The notes under the pieces are model-generated. The model was not told the origin of the DNA, searched no databases, and saw only the letters and a list, made by a program, of their open reading frames with translations. Of a stretch of DNA of 64,000 bases, positions 37,931-49,698 are shown piece after piece. Each line of letters begins with the position of its first letter. The first letter of the stretch is position 1. Source of the stretch: Basidiobolus meristosporus CBS 931.73 (lineage: Eukaryota; Fungi; Basidiobolomycota); the NCBI GenBank assembly GCA_002104905.1, contig MCFE01000285.1:1-64000 (forward strand), read 5' to 3'. Made by a program: the position numbers and the translations under genes.

Positions 37931-40900
37931 CTCTATGAAAAGTAATTTGGTCCTGCAGGTAGATCCAATGCAGATCAGTCATTGGGATCCCATTAAGAGA
38001 CTATCATGATACTAGCAGCTTGGAACTAATGACTCTCTTAGCAATCTTATGATGGGATTACAACAGCATTTTGCTAATTTTACTTCCAAATAAAGCGATC
38101 AAACTTGACAAGACTTGATTAGTGCTGTGAAAATAATTGCATGGTATTGTAGCGGTCTTATTGTGCTCTACCACTATTTTAAATGGATCCAACTGGCCAG
38201 GACATCAAACTGCCTTATGTGACAAGAAACTTGATGGTATTTCAGCAGCCTCATAATGAGACTGTGATGGCATTATATTTTAAGTATGGCAGCCTACAGC
38301 TGGTTATGTATAATGCAACCATACCAGTTTACCATGTGGTATTTCCTTTTTCTACCTCCCCTTGTGCAATTCATACATTCCACTGTAGTATTACCCCACT
38401 TAGTTTGGTTACCTACTACTACCTTGGGTTTTCCTCGTATAGTTTGAATCAAATAATACTATGTCCTCTGGCTTACTAACCTCTACATATGCACACATCT
38501 ACCACAATTGACATACTTCTATCACCTCAACTTGACAGCTTTTTAGTGTGGTACTTGCAAAGCTGCCATATAGCTTGTACTGCTGGTAACATATATATCT
38601 TGCAAACATATGCTCGGTTGTTGCCACATCTTCTGTGAATACCTCCTGAATATCCTCAAAGAACTTCTTGGTATTTAGCTGTAATATTTCTTCTCCCTGC
38701 TGGATTCTAGTCCCCCTTATAGGTGCACTCTGGCACTAGTTTGTGTGAATTCTGTATTGAATGTTGTAGAAGTTGGTGTTTGACCATCAGAAATCCAGCA
38801 TACCTTGGTAGAGTTTTCCTAATAAAAATTAGTTGCTTGTTGCACCCAACCCAACTGTGCAGTGAGTTTTGGATGTGAGTGCCATGCAACTGTTAACACA
38901 TGCTGGAATGAGAACAGTCTCTGGACCATACATTGCCAGCTGCATGATGGTTGTCCACATGTTCCATGTACATGATAAGTTGCATCCTGGAATGATTTTG
39001 GCAAGAAGTAGTAATAAATCCTTGAAGCCCCCATTACTGATTTTAGTGGAAACACACCACTGCTCCAGTCACAACATTACATCATTCACCAGTAGATAGA
39101 TTACTGGGCTCATTTGGCTCCATAAAGTATCCTTGGCATTTGTTTCAATGGGTGTTGTCTCATTGCATATTGGGACTTGACCAGGCTTATACATGGTACT
39201 GTTGTTAGGGGAGATGGGTTCATAATCCATCAGTGAACCTTCTTTGTCTGAGCTATCACTCTGTGTGCCATGTACAGAAGGCTGAGGTGAGCCTAAAGGC
39301 ATCACAAACTCACCTGACTCAGTTTGCACAAGGTTACAAATATGGCTAGGTAACCATATAGAAGTGTCAACTGGCCAGAAAGATAATGTTGGTACAGTAG
39401 TAGCCAATGAATTGTCAAATATGACCTGTGTAAAAAACACTGGCCGTTATCCTTGTAATACTTCCTATGCTGTCTGCATGCTTCATGGCTGAGAGGCTAG
39501 CTATAGTAGCCACATGGTTTTTTTTCTCTTCTCTTATGGCATTGAGTCAAAGTAGTCATGTAGATGGGTCAAACAGTTTGACCTTCAACAACGTAACGCT
39601 ATTATATCACTTTTTGGTCAATACTCATGTGAATTTAGAACAGTGTTGTATTTGTGACATTGCACCTACATGAATGTAAGATTCAATGAGGACCCCCCTG
39701 AGTAAGCATAATAAATAAAGTTGTGGCACCACATACACATGTATATGCAGCACTATTTTCCCTTTGGTTTGACTCACATCCATGTATATGCAGCCAAAAA
39801 ATTAAGCAAAGTTGTCTGGTTCCCAGCCAAAACCCACTGCTGACAGCAACAGAAGAACATTTGGACATCAGCTGACTTTGACACTCAGTGAACAAGTGGG
39901 CCTACATCCAAAAAAGACCATGTTAACAGTTTGCCCACTGATGGTAATAAGTCAGACTCCTCAGGGTCTCAGTCAAGTGTGCAATTGAGAACCTCTGCAG
40001 AGCCACAAGTTGACTGTTATGCTCAGGCAAATGCAAATGTAGCAAATGTAGTACCCATGGTTGAGGACTAGCAAGTGGCCATCATAACATCACCTCCTCC
40101 CATATTAGCAAGTATGTTGCAAGCTCATACCAATGCATTAATGAAGCAATTAGGTGCAGTGGATGATAGGATAGATACAATGGCCTAGTGAAATTGGGAA
40201 ATAGTCCAGAAACAGGATGAGTGGATAATACATGTGGAGCAATCAATATCCCATGTAGAGAAAGCAGTATCTTTGCTGCAAAGAAGAAACTCAATTAGAT
40301 CAATGTTACAGCAAAGAATGGAGCTATTTCCCAATGTAATAGCAAAGGAACGCCACACAGTCTTTGAAGCACAACAACAGTGCCCAAAGATAAAGCCCAC
40401 AGAAAAACCCATCACAGTGTGGGAGGGAGACAATGTGGTTTTTATACCAAAGCCTAAAAATCAAATGACATTGAAGATCCCTGAAGCCATTGAGTGCAAT
40501 AATGAAGAGTGGGCTAATATTCAAGAGGCAGTTAGATGTTTGGCACAGCATCACCTTAAGGCCAGCATATCATGGGACCACAAGGAACTCAAGGCCAAGC
40601 AGAATGCATTTGACTTGTTCCATGAGCATTATCCTGGATTCAAACAGGCAAACAAATTTTTGGCCTGCATTGGTGTGCTAAGAAAGTATCTTAAGAATAG
40701 CAGACACTATCAAAGGTAGAGAACAAGGGTGTCATGGATAAAAACCAGCAGCTTCCTCAAGAGCCTGTTACAAGCAGGGCTCAAAGCTCCAGACAAGCAT
40801 CAAAGAGACGTGAGGTAGCTTGAAGGGTGCCAATTAGGGACAAGCAGGCAGACATGAATGCACCAGCACAACATTTATCACGGAGAAGCATAGTAACACT

Positions 40901-41194
40901 CAAGGTGCACTCACTCAAAGTAGCAGTGAAGGACCTGGCAGTGATAAAAACCAGCTGCTTTGACAGGAGCCTGTCACAACTACAATTGAAAGCTCAATGC
41001 AAGTGGAAACAAAACATCAGGCTGCCAGAAGAGTGTCAGCAAGGGACAAGCAGGACAAAACAGATGCATCAGAGCAGAATTTATCCAGGAGAAAACGTAG
41101 TTCTTTACAAGAAGCACTCTGACAAAGTAGCAGTGAAAGACCTGGCAGTGATAAAGGAAAAGGCAAAGGGAAAATGTCTACCCAAGCCTGAGAC
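37931..41194. mobile_element. CMC/CACTA-type DNA transposon family E, copy 1 (internally deleted transposase on minus, ORF2 on plus); continues at ~47967-48010
   Basis: Terminus CTCTATGAAAAGTAATTTGG at 37931; transposase pieces 38020-39500 (-); ORF2 ~39800-41190 (+); split by gypsy B. Confidence 0.75.
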
Positions 41195-41715
41195 TGTTAT
41201 GAATAGACACAAGGCAGGAGGAAAAGCTAGGCTTGGCAGGAAAGGACTTAGGTGTGGACCATCAAGGCAAGGCAGGATTCAAGGCAAGGCTGTTTATTCA
41301 AGACCTGTGTTTATCAGACTGAGGAATACTTAAGGGGGGATAGGACTATATATACTTTTTGGCTATATTGATGCTGAGAGATGTTAGCTAATACTAATGG
41401 GGTTGTGGGGTAAGGCACAGCAATGGTGCTGGGGATAATGACATAGATGACACAGCACTGAGACAGGATGGGGAAATGGATTGGGTCACCTGATCATGTG
41501 AATAAGTCATGTGACCTGGTATTTCCATATATGGTACTGGACTATGACAAATACAATGGAAAGCTTCCATGGAATATTCCATTGTGTAACAATGGTTTGG
41601 AATGGTCAGGAACTTTCTGGAAGGTGGTAGAGGGTTCCAGAAGGAATCTCTTAGAAATTGAGCTAGGAAGCTGAAACTTGGCATGGGTGTTCATGGTTGT
41701 CATGTGATCATGACA

Positions 41716-42000
41716 CTATTCTCCTCTTCCAGGCAAAGCTCTGTTTCCCTTTGGGGCAGGTTTTGCAGGATATTGTTGGTGGAACTGGGTAACTAGTTCT
41801 TGACAATTAGTGAGATGTGTAGCTGGTTCCCATGTTTGGTCACTTGGGCCATAACCAATCCAGTCTACTAAGTAGTACAGGTTTGACCGGATATACTTGG
41901 AGTCTAGAATCTGTTTAACTTCAAATTCTTGATGTTGGTCAACCTGGATAGCTTGGGGCTTTGCTTCTTGCCGGTTTGGCAAGGTGTTCCTACAATACGG
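41716..42000 (-). CDS. Chromodomain C-terminus of B pol, cut off from integrase by a C insertion
   Basis: EFEVKQILDSKYIRSNLYYLVDWIGYGPSDQTWEPATHL is a canonical chromodomain. Confidence 0.9.
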   Translation of the reverse strand, partial: PYCRNTLPNRQEAKPQAIQVDQHQEFEVKQILDSKYIRSNLYYLVDWIGYGPSDQTWEPATHLTNCQELVTQFHQQYPAKPAPKGNRALPGRGE

Positions 42001-42803
42001 TGTGGTGGTGTAGAGGTACTCCTGGGAGAAGCTACACAACTCAAGGTGTGTGAGGTGTCTGATGGGTGCAATAACCTCTGTGTCTAAACTGCTGGTGTCT
42101 TTGTCAATATGTCACTATGGTAAAAGCTCCTGCTTCTCTAGCTTCCTAGGTGCTCCAAGTGTCTCCAAAGGCCTCTGTGTGTCTTGTGCACTACCCTGAA
42201 AAGCTCCTTGATGGCAGGTCTGAGATGTACTGTTGAAGGCAGGTGCAGTGATCAACTGCTAATCAATAAGGTAGAAGTGTTACTGATAGAAGGGATGATT
42301 TATTGATGAGGGATTGCTTTCCCTTAAATACTTTTCCTGATTGCCAAGTGATTACTAATGACAAGGTTCTAGAAGATTCTAGGTATCAGTGGAATTCTTG
42401 ATGACATCACAATGACCTAAAATATGCCAAGAATGTCCTGGAAGGTTCTAAAGGGCACAGCACATCCAACCAATCAGGAATCAGTAGTCTGAAACCTGTG
42501 CAACATAGAAATACCATATATGGTATTGAAATGGTAGGGATGGTAACACAGACCTAGGTCATGTGTCACGGGTACTGACGCGGGTACTTGCCTCATATAG
42601 ATACATCTACTGATCACAAAGCTGAATAACATCTGGGATAACTAATGCTAATAACTAATCAGGGTAAACATCATATGGGGATAATACTGATAATATGGGC
42701 AAAAGAAGAATGGGATAATACTGATAAGATAAAATATGGATAAGTATATCATAATGACTATATGAATAAACTTGTCTGTGGGAGGTATGTTTACCCTACC
42801 ACA
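42001..42803 (-). mobile_element. Family C solo-LTR-like element (803 bp), 4-bp TSD ACGG
   Basis: ACGG at 41997-42000 and 42804-42807; removal restores [15 protein letters not shown] in frame. Confidence 0.92.
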
Positions 42804-45800
42804 ACGGCTCCAGGAGGGACACATGGAAAGTATCATGGATTTTCATACTTGCTGGTAACTGTAGCTGATATACTATAGGGCTAAGCTTCTTCTTGATCTT
42901 GAAAGGACCAAGTTTCTTGAAATCCAATTTGTCACAAGGGCGGTTGGTGCTGATGTTTCTTCTGAGCAGCCATACAAAATCTCCTTCATTAAGATCAGGG
43001 CTGGGATGCCGTTTTAGATTGGCAAATTTCTTGTAGCTTTCCTGAGCTAAGGATAGTTCTTCCTTGAGGGTATTCTGGATGTCCTGGATTGCTTGGGCAT
43101 GTTCAGCCGCATGTGGGCTTATTGGGTTTGTTGGAATCTGGATATCAAACTGAGGGTGGAATCCATAGTTTGCATAGAATGGTGTAAAACCGGTTGCACT
43201 ATGGCTTGAGTTGTTGTAGGCAAACTCAGCAACAGGGAGTAGATCAACCCAATTGTCTTGCTGGTAATTGATATAGCACTGGAGGTATTGCTCTAGAATC
43301 TGGTTGATTCTTTCAGTCTGGCCATCAGACTGTGGGTGGAAGGCAGTAGAGAGCTTGACTTGAACACCAAGGTATTGCATGAAGTGTTTCCAAAACTTGG
43401 ACACAAACTGTGGGCCTCTATCTGACACAATATCACTGGGGATACCATGAAGGCGGAAAATATTCTTCAGGACTAAAGCAGCAGTTTCTTTTGCATCAGT
43501 GTTCTTACAGCAAGGGATAAAGTGAGCCATCTTGGTCAGCCGGTCAGCCACTACAAGTATAGTGTTGAAGCCACATGACTCAGGGAGGTCAGTAATGAAG
43601 TCCATAGATATAGATCTCCATTGGTGTTCTGGGATAGGCAGGGGTTGAAGAAGTCCATGGGGCTGGTGTCTGGCTGGTTTTGCACGGTTGCAAATATCAC
43701 AAGTCAGAATGTACTCTTTGATAAGAGTTATCATTCTAGGCCACCAGAAATCTCTTTTGATAGCATTCAAGGTTTTGGCAGTACCAAAGTGGCCTGCAGC
43801 CATTGAATCATGCCAAGACGTAATGATGTCTAGCTGGGTGGCAAGGTCTGCGACATAAAGCTGCTGCTTGTGGTAGATGAGGTTGTTTACCAAATGCAGG
43901 TTCTGGATGTTTGGGAACTTGGGAGGGGGCCCAACTGGGGATTCCAGATATTTCTTGATGGTGCTGGAAGTCATATCAGAGGCCTGGGATTCTGATATCC
44001 TTACTAGGAATGAAGGGATGACAAGACTTGAGGACTGGGTGGCAAGAATCTTGAAATGTTTCTTGCTCAGCAGTGGGTGTTCCATTTGCCAACAGGCATC
44101 ATCTCCCTCTTCCAGGGCATATTCCTTTTTTCTGGACAGGGCATCAGGCTTTCCTTGCTTTGCACCAGGTCTATAGGTGATAGTAAAGTCAAAGCTGGAC
44201 AGGAAGAGTGACCATCTGGCTTGTCTCCGGTTTAGTAATTTGGAAGTTGCAAAGTACTCAAGGTTCTTATGGTCACAGAGGACTTTGATTTTGTGTTTTG
44301 CACCGTCCAGGTAGTGTCTCCATTGCTCAAAGGCCACAATGATGGCAAGCAACTCCTTATCATAGATATCATAGTTGATCTCTGCAGGGGAAAACTTCCG
44401 AGAGTAGAATGCAATGGGGTGTAACACATTGTCCTCATCATACTGGGAGAGTATGGCACCAAGGGCAAAATCAGAAGCATCAGTCTCCACTATGAGTTGC
44501 TTCTCAAGGTCAGGGTGGGCAAGCAGGGGGGCCTTCAGGAAAGGTTTCTTGAGTTGGTTGAATGAGCTGGATTGCTCCTCATTCCAGGCAAAAGGTGTGT
44601 TCTTCTGGGTAAGCTTTGTCAGAGGGGTGACTATCTTGGAGTAGTTGGCTATGAACCTGCAATAGAAGTTGGCAAATCCCAGGAAGGATTGTACTTCCTT
44701 GACTGAGCTTGGAGTTTTCCAGGACTGGACTGAGTCAACTTTCTTTGGGTCCATTCTTGTTCCCTCAGGGCTGATGAGGTAACCAAGAAATTCCACTTCT
44801 CTCTGGTCAAATTCACACTTCTCTAACTTGGCATAGAGACTGGCAGAGTCTAGTTTTCTCAATACTTTCTTGACATGTTCATCATGTTCATCTTGGCTCT
44901 TGGAGTATATGAGAATATCATCAAGGTAGATTACCCCAAACTGGTCAAGGTATTCACGGAATATGTCATTCATGAGGTGTTGAAACACAGCAGGGGCATT
45001 GGTGAGGCCAAATGGCATTACTTTGTACTCAAAGTGACCATATCTTGTGCGAAAGGCAGTTTTCCATTCATCACCAGGCTTGATTCTGACAAGATTGTAA
45101 GCTCCTCTCAAGTCTATCTTGGTGAAGACTTGGGCAGCAGATAGCTGATCCAACAGTGTGTTGATCAGGGGCAGCGGGTAGCGGTTCTTGACTGTGATCT
45201 TATTCAAAGCACGGTAGTCCACACACATTCTGAGGGTGCCATCCTTCTTCTTGACAAAGAGGATTGGGGCTCCAGCAGGTGATTTGGAGTGCTGAATAAA
45301 ACCCTTCTGGAGGTTTTCTTGAATATAACCATGGAGTTCTTTCAACGCCGGCTGGGAGTGGTTATATATTGGGCCAAATGGAGGGACTTTTCCATCTTCA
45401 AGGTCAATAGGGCAGTCATAAGGCCAATGGTCAGGGAGGAGTTCTGCTTTCTTCTTGTCAAAGACATGGGCAAACTCTTGGTACTTGGCTGGTATAGTTG
45501 CTGAGGGGGCTCCTTCAGCTGGCAAGGTATCTTGGGATGTTGAACTGTTGGCAACCGTCTTTTCACGGTTATCAGGGTCTGGAGATTTCATGGAGTTGAC
45601 TTGGTGGGATCTGGTGAATGACAGGATCTTGGATTTCCAATCAATACTTGGATTGTGGTAGCTCAACCATGAGCTTCCAAGCACAATAGGATAGTGTGGT
45701 GAGTTGATGATGTTGAAGGCAATTCTTTCTTGGTGGGCAGTACTGGACAGCTGGAGTAAGCATGTTTCATGGGTAACGGCACCAGAGGAGAGTGATCTTC

Positions 45801-46038
45801 CATCAATAACTTCTACTTGGACTGGACAGGATTTCAAGGTAACAGGAATAGAGTGCTTCTGTACAAAGGCTTGGTCAATGAAACAGGATGAAGCACCGGA
45901 ATCAATCAGGGCTAGGGCTGGGACAGGACTGGAGTCAGGGATCTGGATTTTGACAGGCATTCTCAAGGACTGGATAGATTTTGTGGCAAAGGAAGATTCT
46001 TGGATATGCTGGATTTTCATGGGTGGGTCCAATTGCAA
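42796..46038 (-). CDS. pol: Gypsy Pol polyprotein (protease, RT, RNase H, integrase), 1080-aa open frame
   Basis: ALIDSGAS (PR), YLDD (RT), ETDASD and ELLAI (RH), H-H-C-C zinc finger, SMDF/SDRG/DGQTE (IN). Confidence 0.95.
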   Translation of the reverse strand: MQLDPPMKIQHIQESSFATKSIQSLRMPVKIQIPDSSPVPALALIDSGASSCFIDQAFVQKHSIPVTLKSCPVQVEVIDGRSLSSGAVTHETCLLQLSSTAHQERIAFNIINSPHYPIVLGSSWLSYHNPSIDWKSKILSFTRSHQVNSMKSPDPDNREKTVANSSTSQDTLPAEGAPSATIPAKYQEFAHVFDKKKAELLPDHWPYDCPIDLEDGKVPPFGPIYNHSQPALKELHGYIQENLQKGFIQHSKSPAGAPILFVKKKDGTLRMCVDYRALNKITVKNRYPLPLINTLLDQLSAAQVFTKIDLRGAYNLVRIKPGDEWKTAFRTRYGHFEYKVMPFGLTNAPAVFQHLMNDIFREYLDQFGVIYLDDILIYSKSQDEHDEHVKKVLRKLDSASLYAKLEKCEFDQREVEFLGYLISPEGTRMDPKKVDSVQSWKTPSSVKEVQSFLGFANFYCRFIANYSKIVTPLTKLTQKNTPFAWNEEQSSSFNQLKKPFLKAPLLAHPDLEKQLIVETDASDFALGAILSQYDEDNVLHPIAFYSRKFSPAEINYDIYDKELLAIIVAFEQWRHYLDGAKHKIKVLCDHKNLEYFATSKLLNRRQARWSLFLSSFDFTITYRPGAKQGKPDALSRKKEYALEEGDDACWQMEHPLLSKKHFKILATQSSSLVIPSFLVRISESQASDMTSSTIKKYLESPVGPPPKFPNIQNLHLVNNLIYHKQQLYVADLATQLDIITSWHDSMAAGHFGTAKTLNAIKRDFWWPRMITLIKEYILTCDICNRAKPARHQPHGLLQPLPIPEHQWRSISMDFITDLPESCGFNTILVVADRLTKMAHFIPCCKNTDAKETAALVLKNIFRLHGIPSDIVSDRGPQFVSKFWKHFMQYLGVQVKLSTAFHPQSDGQTERINQILEQYLQCYINYQQDNWVDLLPVAEFAYNNSSHSATGFTPFYANYGFHPQFDIQIPTNPISPHAAEHAQAIQDIQNTLKEELSLAQESYKKFANLKRHPSPDLNEGDFVWLLRRNISTNRPCDKLDFKKLGPFKIKKKLSPIVYQLQLPASMKIHDTFHVSLLEPLW

Positions 46039-46043
46039 GCCTG

Positions 46044-46976
46044 TCAGTGCAACTGGACATTGGAGTTTCCTGACAGATCTGAATCAGGTTGGTTGCTGGA
46101 GGACTGCATCAGCTTGAAGCTGGACTTCTTGTTAGGGCAGGACTTGGCAAAGTGACCTGGTTGGCCCCAGTATAGACAGAGGTTGGCTTGTTGACGTCTG
46201 GACTGTTCACTCTTTGATAGTTTCTTGTATTTGGCACTATCAATCTGCATAGGATCTTCTGGAGTGACTTGGGGAGCAGGAGGGGCTGGGACTGCAACAG
46301 GAATGTGCCTTTGACGGTTCTTTTGCTTCTTCTGGAATAGTCTGTTATCACACCGGATTGCTTGGTGCATAGCTTCAACCAATGTATCTGGATCTGGGAG
46401 TGTGAGTAGCAGATCACAAACTTCATCATTGAGGCCATCTTGGAATTGGCTAATCAAGGCTGCTTGACCCCAGGAGCTGAGGTCACTGGAGAGTTGTCAG
46501 AATTCTGAGGCATAGACTGATGCTGGTTTGTTCCCTTGCTTGAGGGTCTTGATCTTGTTGGCAGCAGTTCTGGCTTGGTCAAGGTTACCAAATGTTAGCT
46601 CCATTTCAGTGAGAAAAGCTTGGTAGTCTCTGAAGAGGGGAGAGTTGGTCTCCACTAATGGGGAGAACCACTTGAGAGCTGTACCAGTAAGCAGGTTGGA
46701 GATGAAACCAACTTTGGCCTGGTCAGTGGGGTACCGGTTGGGCTGGAGTGCAAGATTGTTCTTCACCATGTTGATGAAGCCACAGAATTCATTCTGAGAG
46801 CCATTGAACTTGGTAGCAGGAGTATACTTGGGTTCTTGGTAGACTGGGACATGGCTAGTTTGCTGGACACTTTGGTTCTGGAACTGAGCAAGAGTGTTTC
46901 TGAGGTCTGCATGGTCTTGCTGCAGTTGGGTAAAGGCAGCCATGAGCTGGGCAAAGTTCAGCTCTAGGTTGGACAT
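46044..46976 (-). pseudogene. gag: Gypsy Gag with one in-frame TGA (46497-46499) and a degenerate CCHC knuckle (CLYWGQPGHFAKSC)
   Basis: ATG in GCTACCATG at 46976; ORFs 46497-47006 and 46044-46457 are in the same frame. Confidence 0.88.
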
Positions 46977-47369
46977 GGTAGCAGTGGAAGGCGGATGAAC
47001 TTGCAAGGAATACTGGAATATACTAAACTAGGTTGTGGGTTTGTAAAGCCACTAGTATGTCAAGAATACAACTATTGAGCCACAATCCCCAACTTAAATA
47101 AGTTAGCGTCACTTCAGAAGGTACTGGTTTCAATGTCCTTTGATAGAGTATTGTACTAAAGCTTCCAATACTGTAACAACTGTAAACTCCACCAGCAGGG
47201 TAATAAAGTGAATGCAGCTTTGACCAATAGTTTTACAAAGATAAAGTATCTTTGCCTTTATAGGACAAGACTAGGGAAAGATGATGCGTGATACTTACGG
47301 TGAGTATTCCTTTTACAAGTTTTCTTCAAACTTTGGGCAGAAGGCAGGGATCCACAGGCAAGTCAGGAG

Positions 47370-47380
47370 AGTCTGATAAA
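47370..47380 (-). promoter_or_regulatory. Self-priming PBS (TTTATCAGACT), complementary to the LTR sequence at 47556-47566
   Basis: 11-nt perfect complement, 2 nt from the LTR end; not a tRNA 3'-end (TGG) type. Confidence 0.8.
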
Positions 47381-47592
47381 ACTGTTATGAATAGACACAA
47401 GGCAGGAGGAAAAGCTAGGCACGGCAGGAAAGGACTTAGGTGTGGACCATCAAGGCAAGGCAGGAGGAAAAGCTAGGCACGGCAGGAAAGGACTTAGGTG
47501 TGGACCATCAAGGCAAGGCAGGATTCAAGGCAAGGCTGTTTATTCAAGACCTGTGTTTATCAGACTGAGGAATACTCAAGGGGGGATAGGAC

Positions 47593-47600
47593 TATATATA
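47593..47600 (-). promoter_or_regulatory. TATA box of the B 5' LTR
   Basis: TATATATA starting 34 nt upstream of the predicted self-primer start at 47566. Confidence 0.65.
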
Positions 47601-48009
47601 CTTTTTGGCTATGTTGATGCCGAGAGATGTTAGCTAATACTAATGGAGTTGTGGGGTAAGGCACAGCAATGGTGCTGGGGATAATGACATAGATGACATG
47701 GCACTGAGACAGGATGGGGAAATGGATTGGGTCACCTGATCATGTGAATAAGTCATGTGACCTGGTATTTCCATATATGGTACTGGACTATGACAAATAC
47801 AATGGAAAGCTTCCATGGAATGTTCCATTGTGTAACAATGGTTTGGAATGGTCAGGAACTTTCTGGAAGGTGGTAGAAGGTTCCAGAAGGAATCTCTTAG
47901 AAATTGAGCTAGGAAGCTGAAACTTGGCATGGGTGTTCATGGTTGTCATGTGATCATGACAGAGACAGGGAGGCATGCAAAAAAACTGCAGTTCTTGCCA
48001 GTTAATACC

Positions 48010-49698
48010 GGGAAATGGCTCATTTCTTGGCTGTGACATTGAGCTACATGAGTTTCTTCTTTGCAGGAAAGATACTGCTTTCTCTACCTGGGATATTGAT
48101 TGTTCTGCACTTTTTATCTGCTTATCTGGTTTCTAGACTATTTATTGACTTCTTTGGGCCATTGCAGCTATCCTATCAGCCACTGCACCTAATGGGCTCA
48201 TTAATGCTTTGGTATGAGCTGACAGCATATTTGCTAATACAGGTGGTGGTAATGTTACGATGGCAATTTGCTATTCTTCAACTGAAGGCACTTCTTTTGC
48301 TACATTCTCATTTGCCTCAGCAATATGGTCAGCTAGCAGCTCTGCAGATATTCCCAATGGTCTACTTGACTGAGAGCCTGAGGAGTCCGCATTATTCCCT
48401 TCAGTGGGCACACTGTCCACAGACCTTTTTTTGGTTGTAGCCCTGCTTGTTGCACTGAATGTCAAAGCAAGATGTTGGCCAACTGTACTTCTGCTGCTGT
48501 CAGCAGTGGGGTCTGGTTGGGAACCATGCAACTTTGCTTTATTTTTTGGCAGCATATATATGGAAGTGAGTCATACCAAAGGGAAAATGGTGGTACATAT
48601 ATATGTGTATGTGGTGTCACAACTTTATTTATAATGCTTGCTATGGCAGGTCATCATTGAATCTTACATTCATGTAGGTGCAATGTCTCAAATACAAGAC
48701 TGTCTTGAATTCAAATGAGTATTGACCAAAAAGTGATATAATAGCATTATGTTGTTGAGTGTCAAATTGTTTCCCCATGGACAATACTACTGTGATTCAG
48801 CACACTAAGAGCAGAGAAAAAAGACCATGTGGCTATTGTTGCAAGCCTCTCAGCCGTGAAGCATGCAGACAGCATAGGAAGTACTACAAGGATCATGGCC
48901 TGTGCATTGTCACACAAGTCATATATGACCATTCACCAGTCACTACTGTGCCAACAATATCTTGCCAGCCACTTGATACCATAAACAGCATCTGGCTGTA
49001 CTTGTCACCTTGTGCAAACTGATTCAGGAGAGTTTGTGACACCTTTTGGCTCACCCCAACCTTCTGAATATGGCTCACAGAGTGATAGCTCTGAAGAAGC
49101 AGGCTTACTGATGGATTGTGAGCCTATCTTCCCTAACAGCAGTACCCTGCAAAAGCCTGGCAAAATGCCATTTTGCAATGAGACAACACCCATGGAAAAA
49201 ATGCCAATGATACTTTATGGAATCAAGTCAGCCCAGTAATACATCTACCAGTGAATGATATGATGTTGTGGCTAGAAAAGTGGCATGTATCCACTAATAT
49301 CAGTAATGTGGGCTTGGAGGACTTACTACTACTTCTTGCCAAAATCATTGCAGGATGCAACTTACCAAGTACATGGTATAAATGGAAAACCATCATGGTG
49401 CTGGCTATGTATTACCCTGAGACCACCCAATACCAGCATGTGTAGCAGTTGCATGGCGTTCACATCAGAAAATGCTACCACTGCAAGGTGTCCAACTTGT
49501 CAGGAGTCCACCACCATAGGTGGAAAACATTTTCACACTCTAGATATATTATGGTATTACCTTGTATAAAGAAGCTCAAACAGTCCATCAAATGTTGTGA
49601 CGCCATAAGTATTGCACTCAGTATCAATCAAGTGCAAACATATCAGATATATTTGATGGCAAACAATACAAACAGCTAAGAAGCAAGGGCCACTTTGA
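48010..49698. mobile_element. Family E copy 2 (ORF2 5' part on minus, transposase N-terminus on plus)
   Basis: Inverted homolog of ~38700-40330; Cys-rich CSSCMAFTSENATTARCPTCQES resembles the CACTA transposase N-terminal CxxC..CPxC region. Confidence 0.75.

Larger units (their letters stand above)
41195..47961 (-). mobile_element. Ty3/Gypsy chromovirus family B, near-intact, 5-bp TSD GAGAC
   Basis: LTRs 47383-47961 and 41195-41715 (~98% apart from a 58-bp duplication); GAGAC at 41190-41194 and 47962-47966; PPT reverse complement at 41716-41730; gag, PR-RT-RH-IN and chromodomain all present. Confidence 0.97.

Noticed and set aside
40827-41333. 168-aa ORF and the LTR-internal ORFs 41394-41684, 41468-41674, 47640-47930, 47714-47920
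   Set aside because: Read-through across the E/B junction, or chance frames within the B LTR duplicated with it.
43621-46117. Plus-strand ORFs opposite B pol
   Set aside because: Antisense shadows of a long open frame; no independent evidence.
47000-47298. Possible intron in the B leader (GTAAGT at 47298; AG at 47013 or 47000)
   Set aside because: Good donor, but no CTRAY branch point near the acceptors, and the donor is not kept in the old B or C2 homologs.
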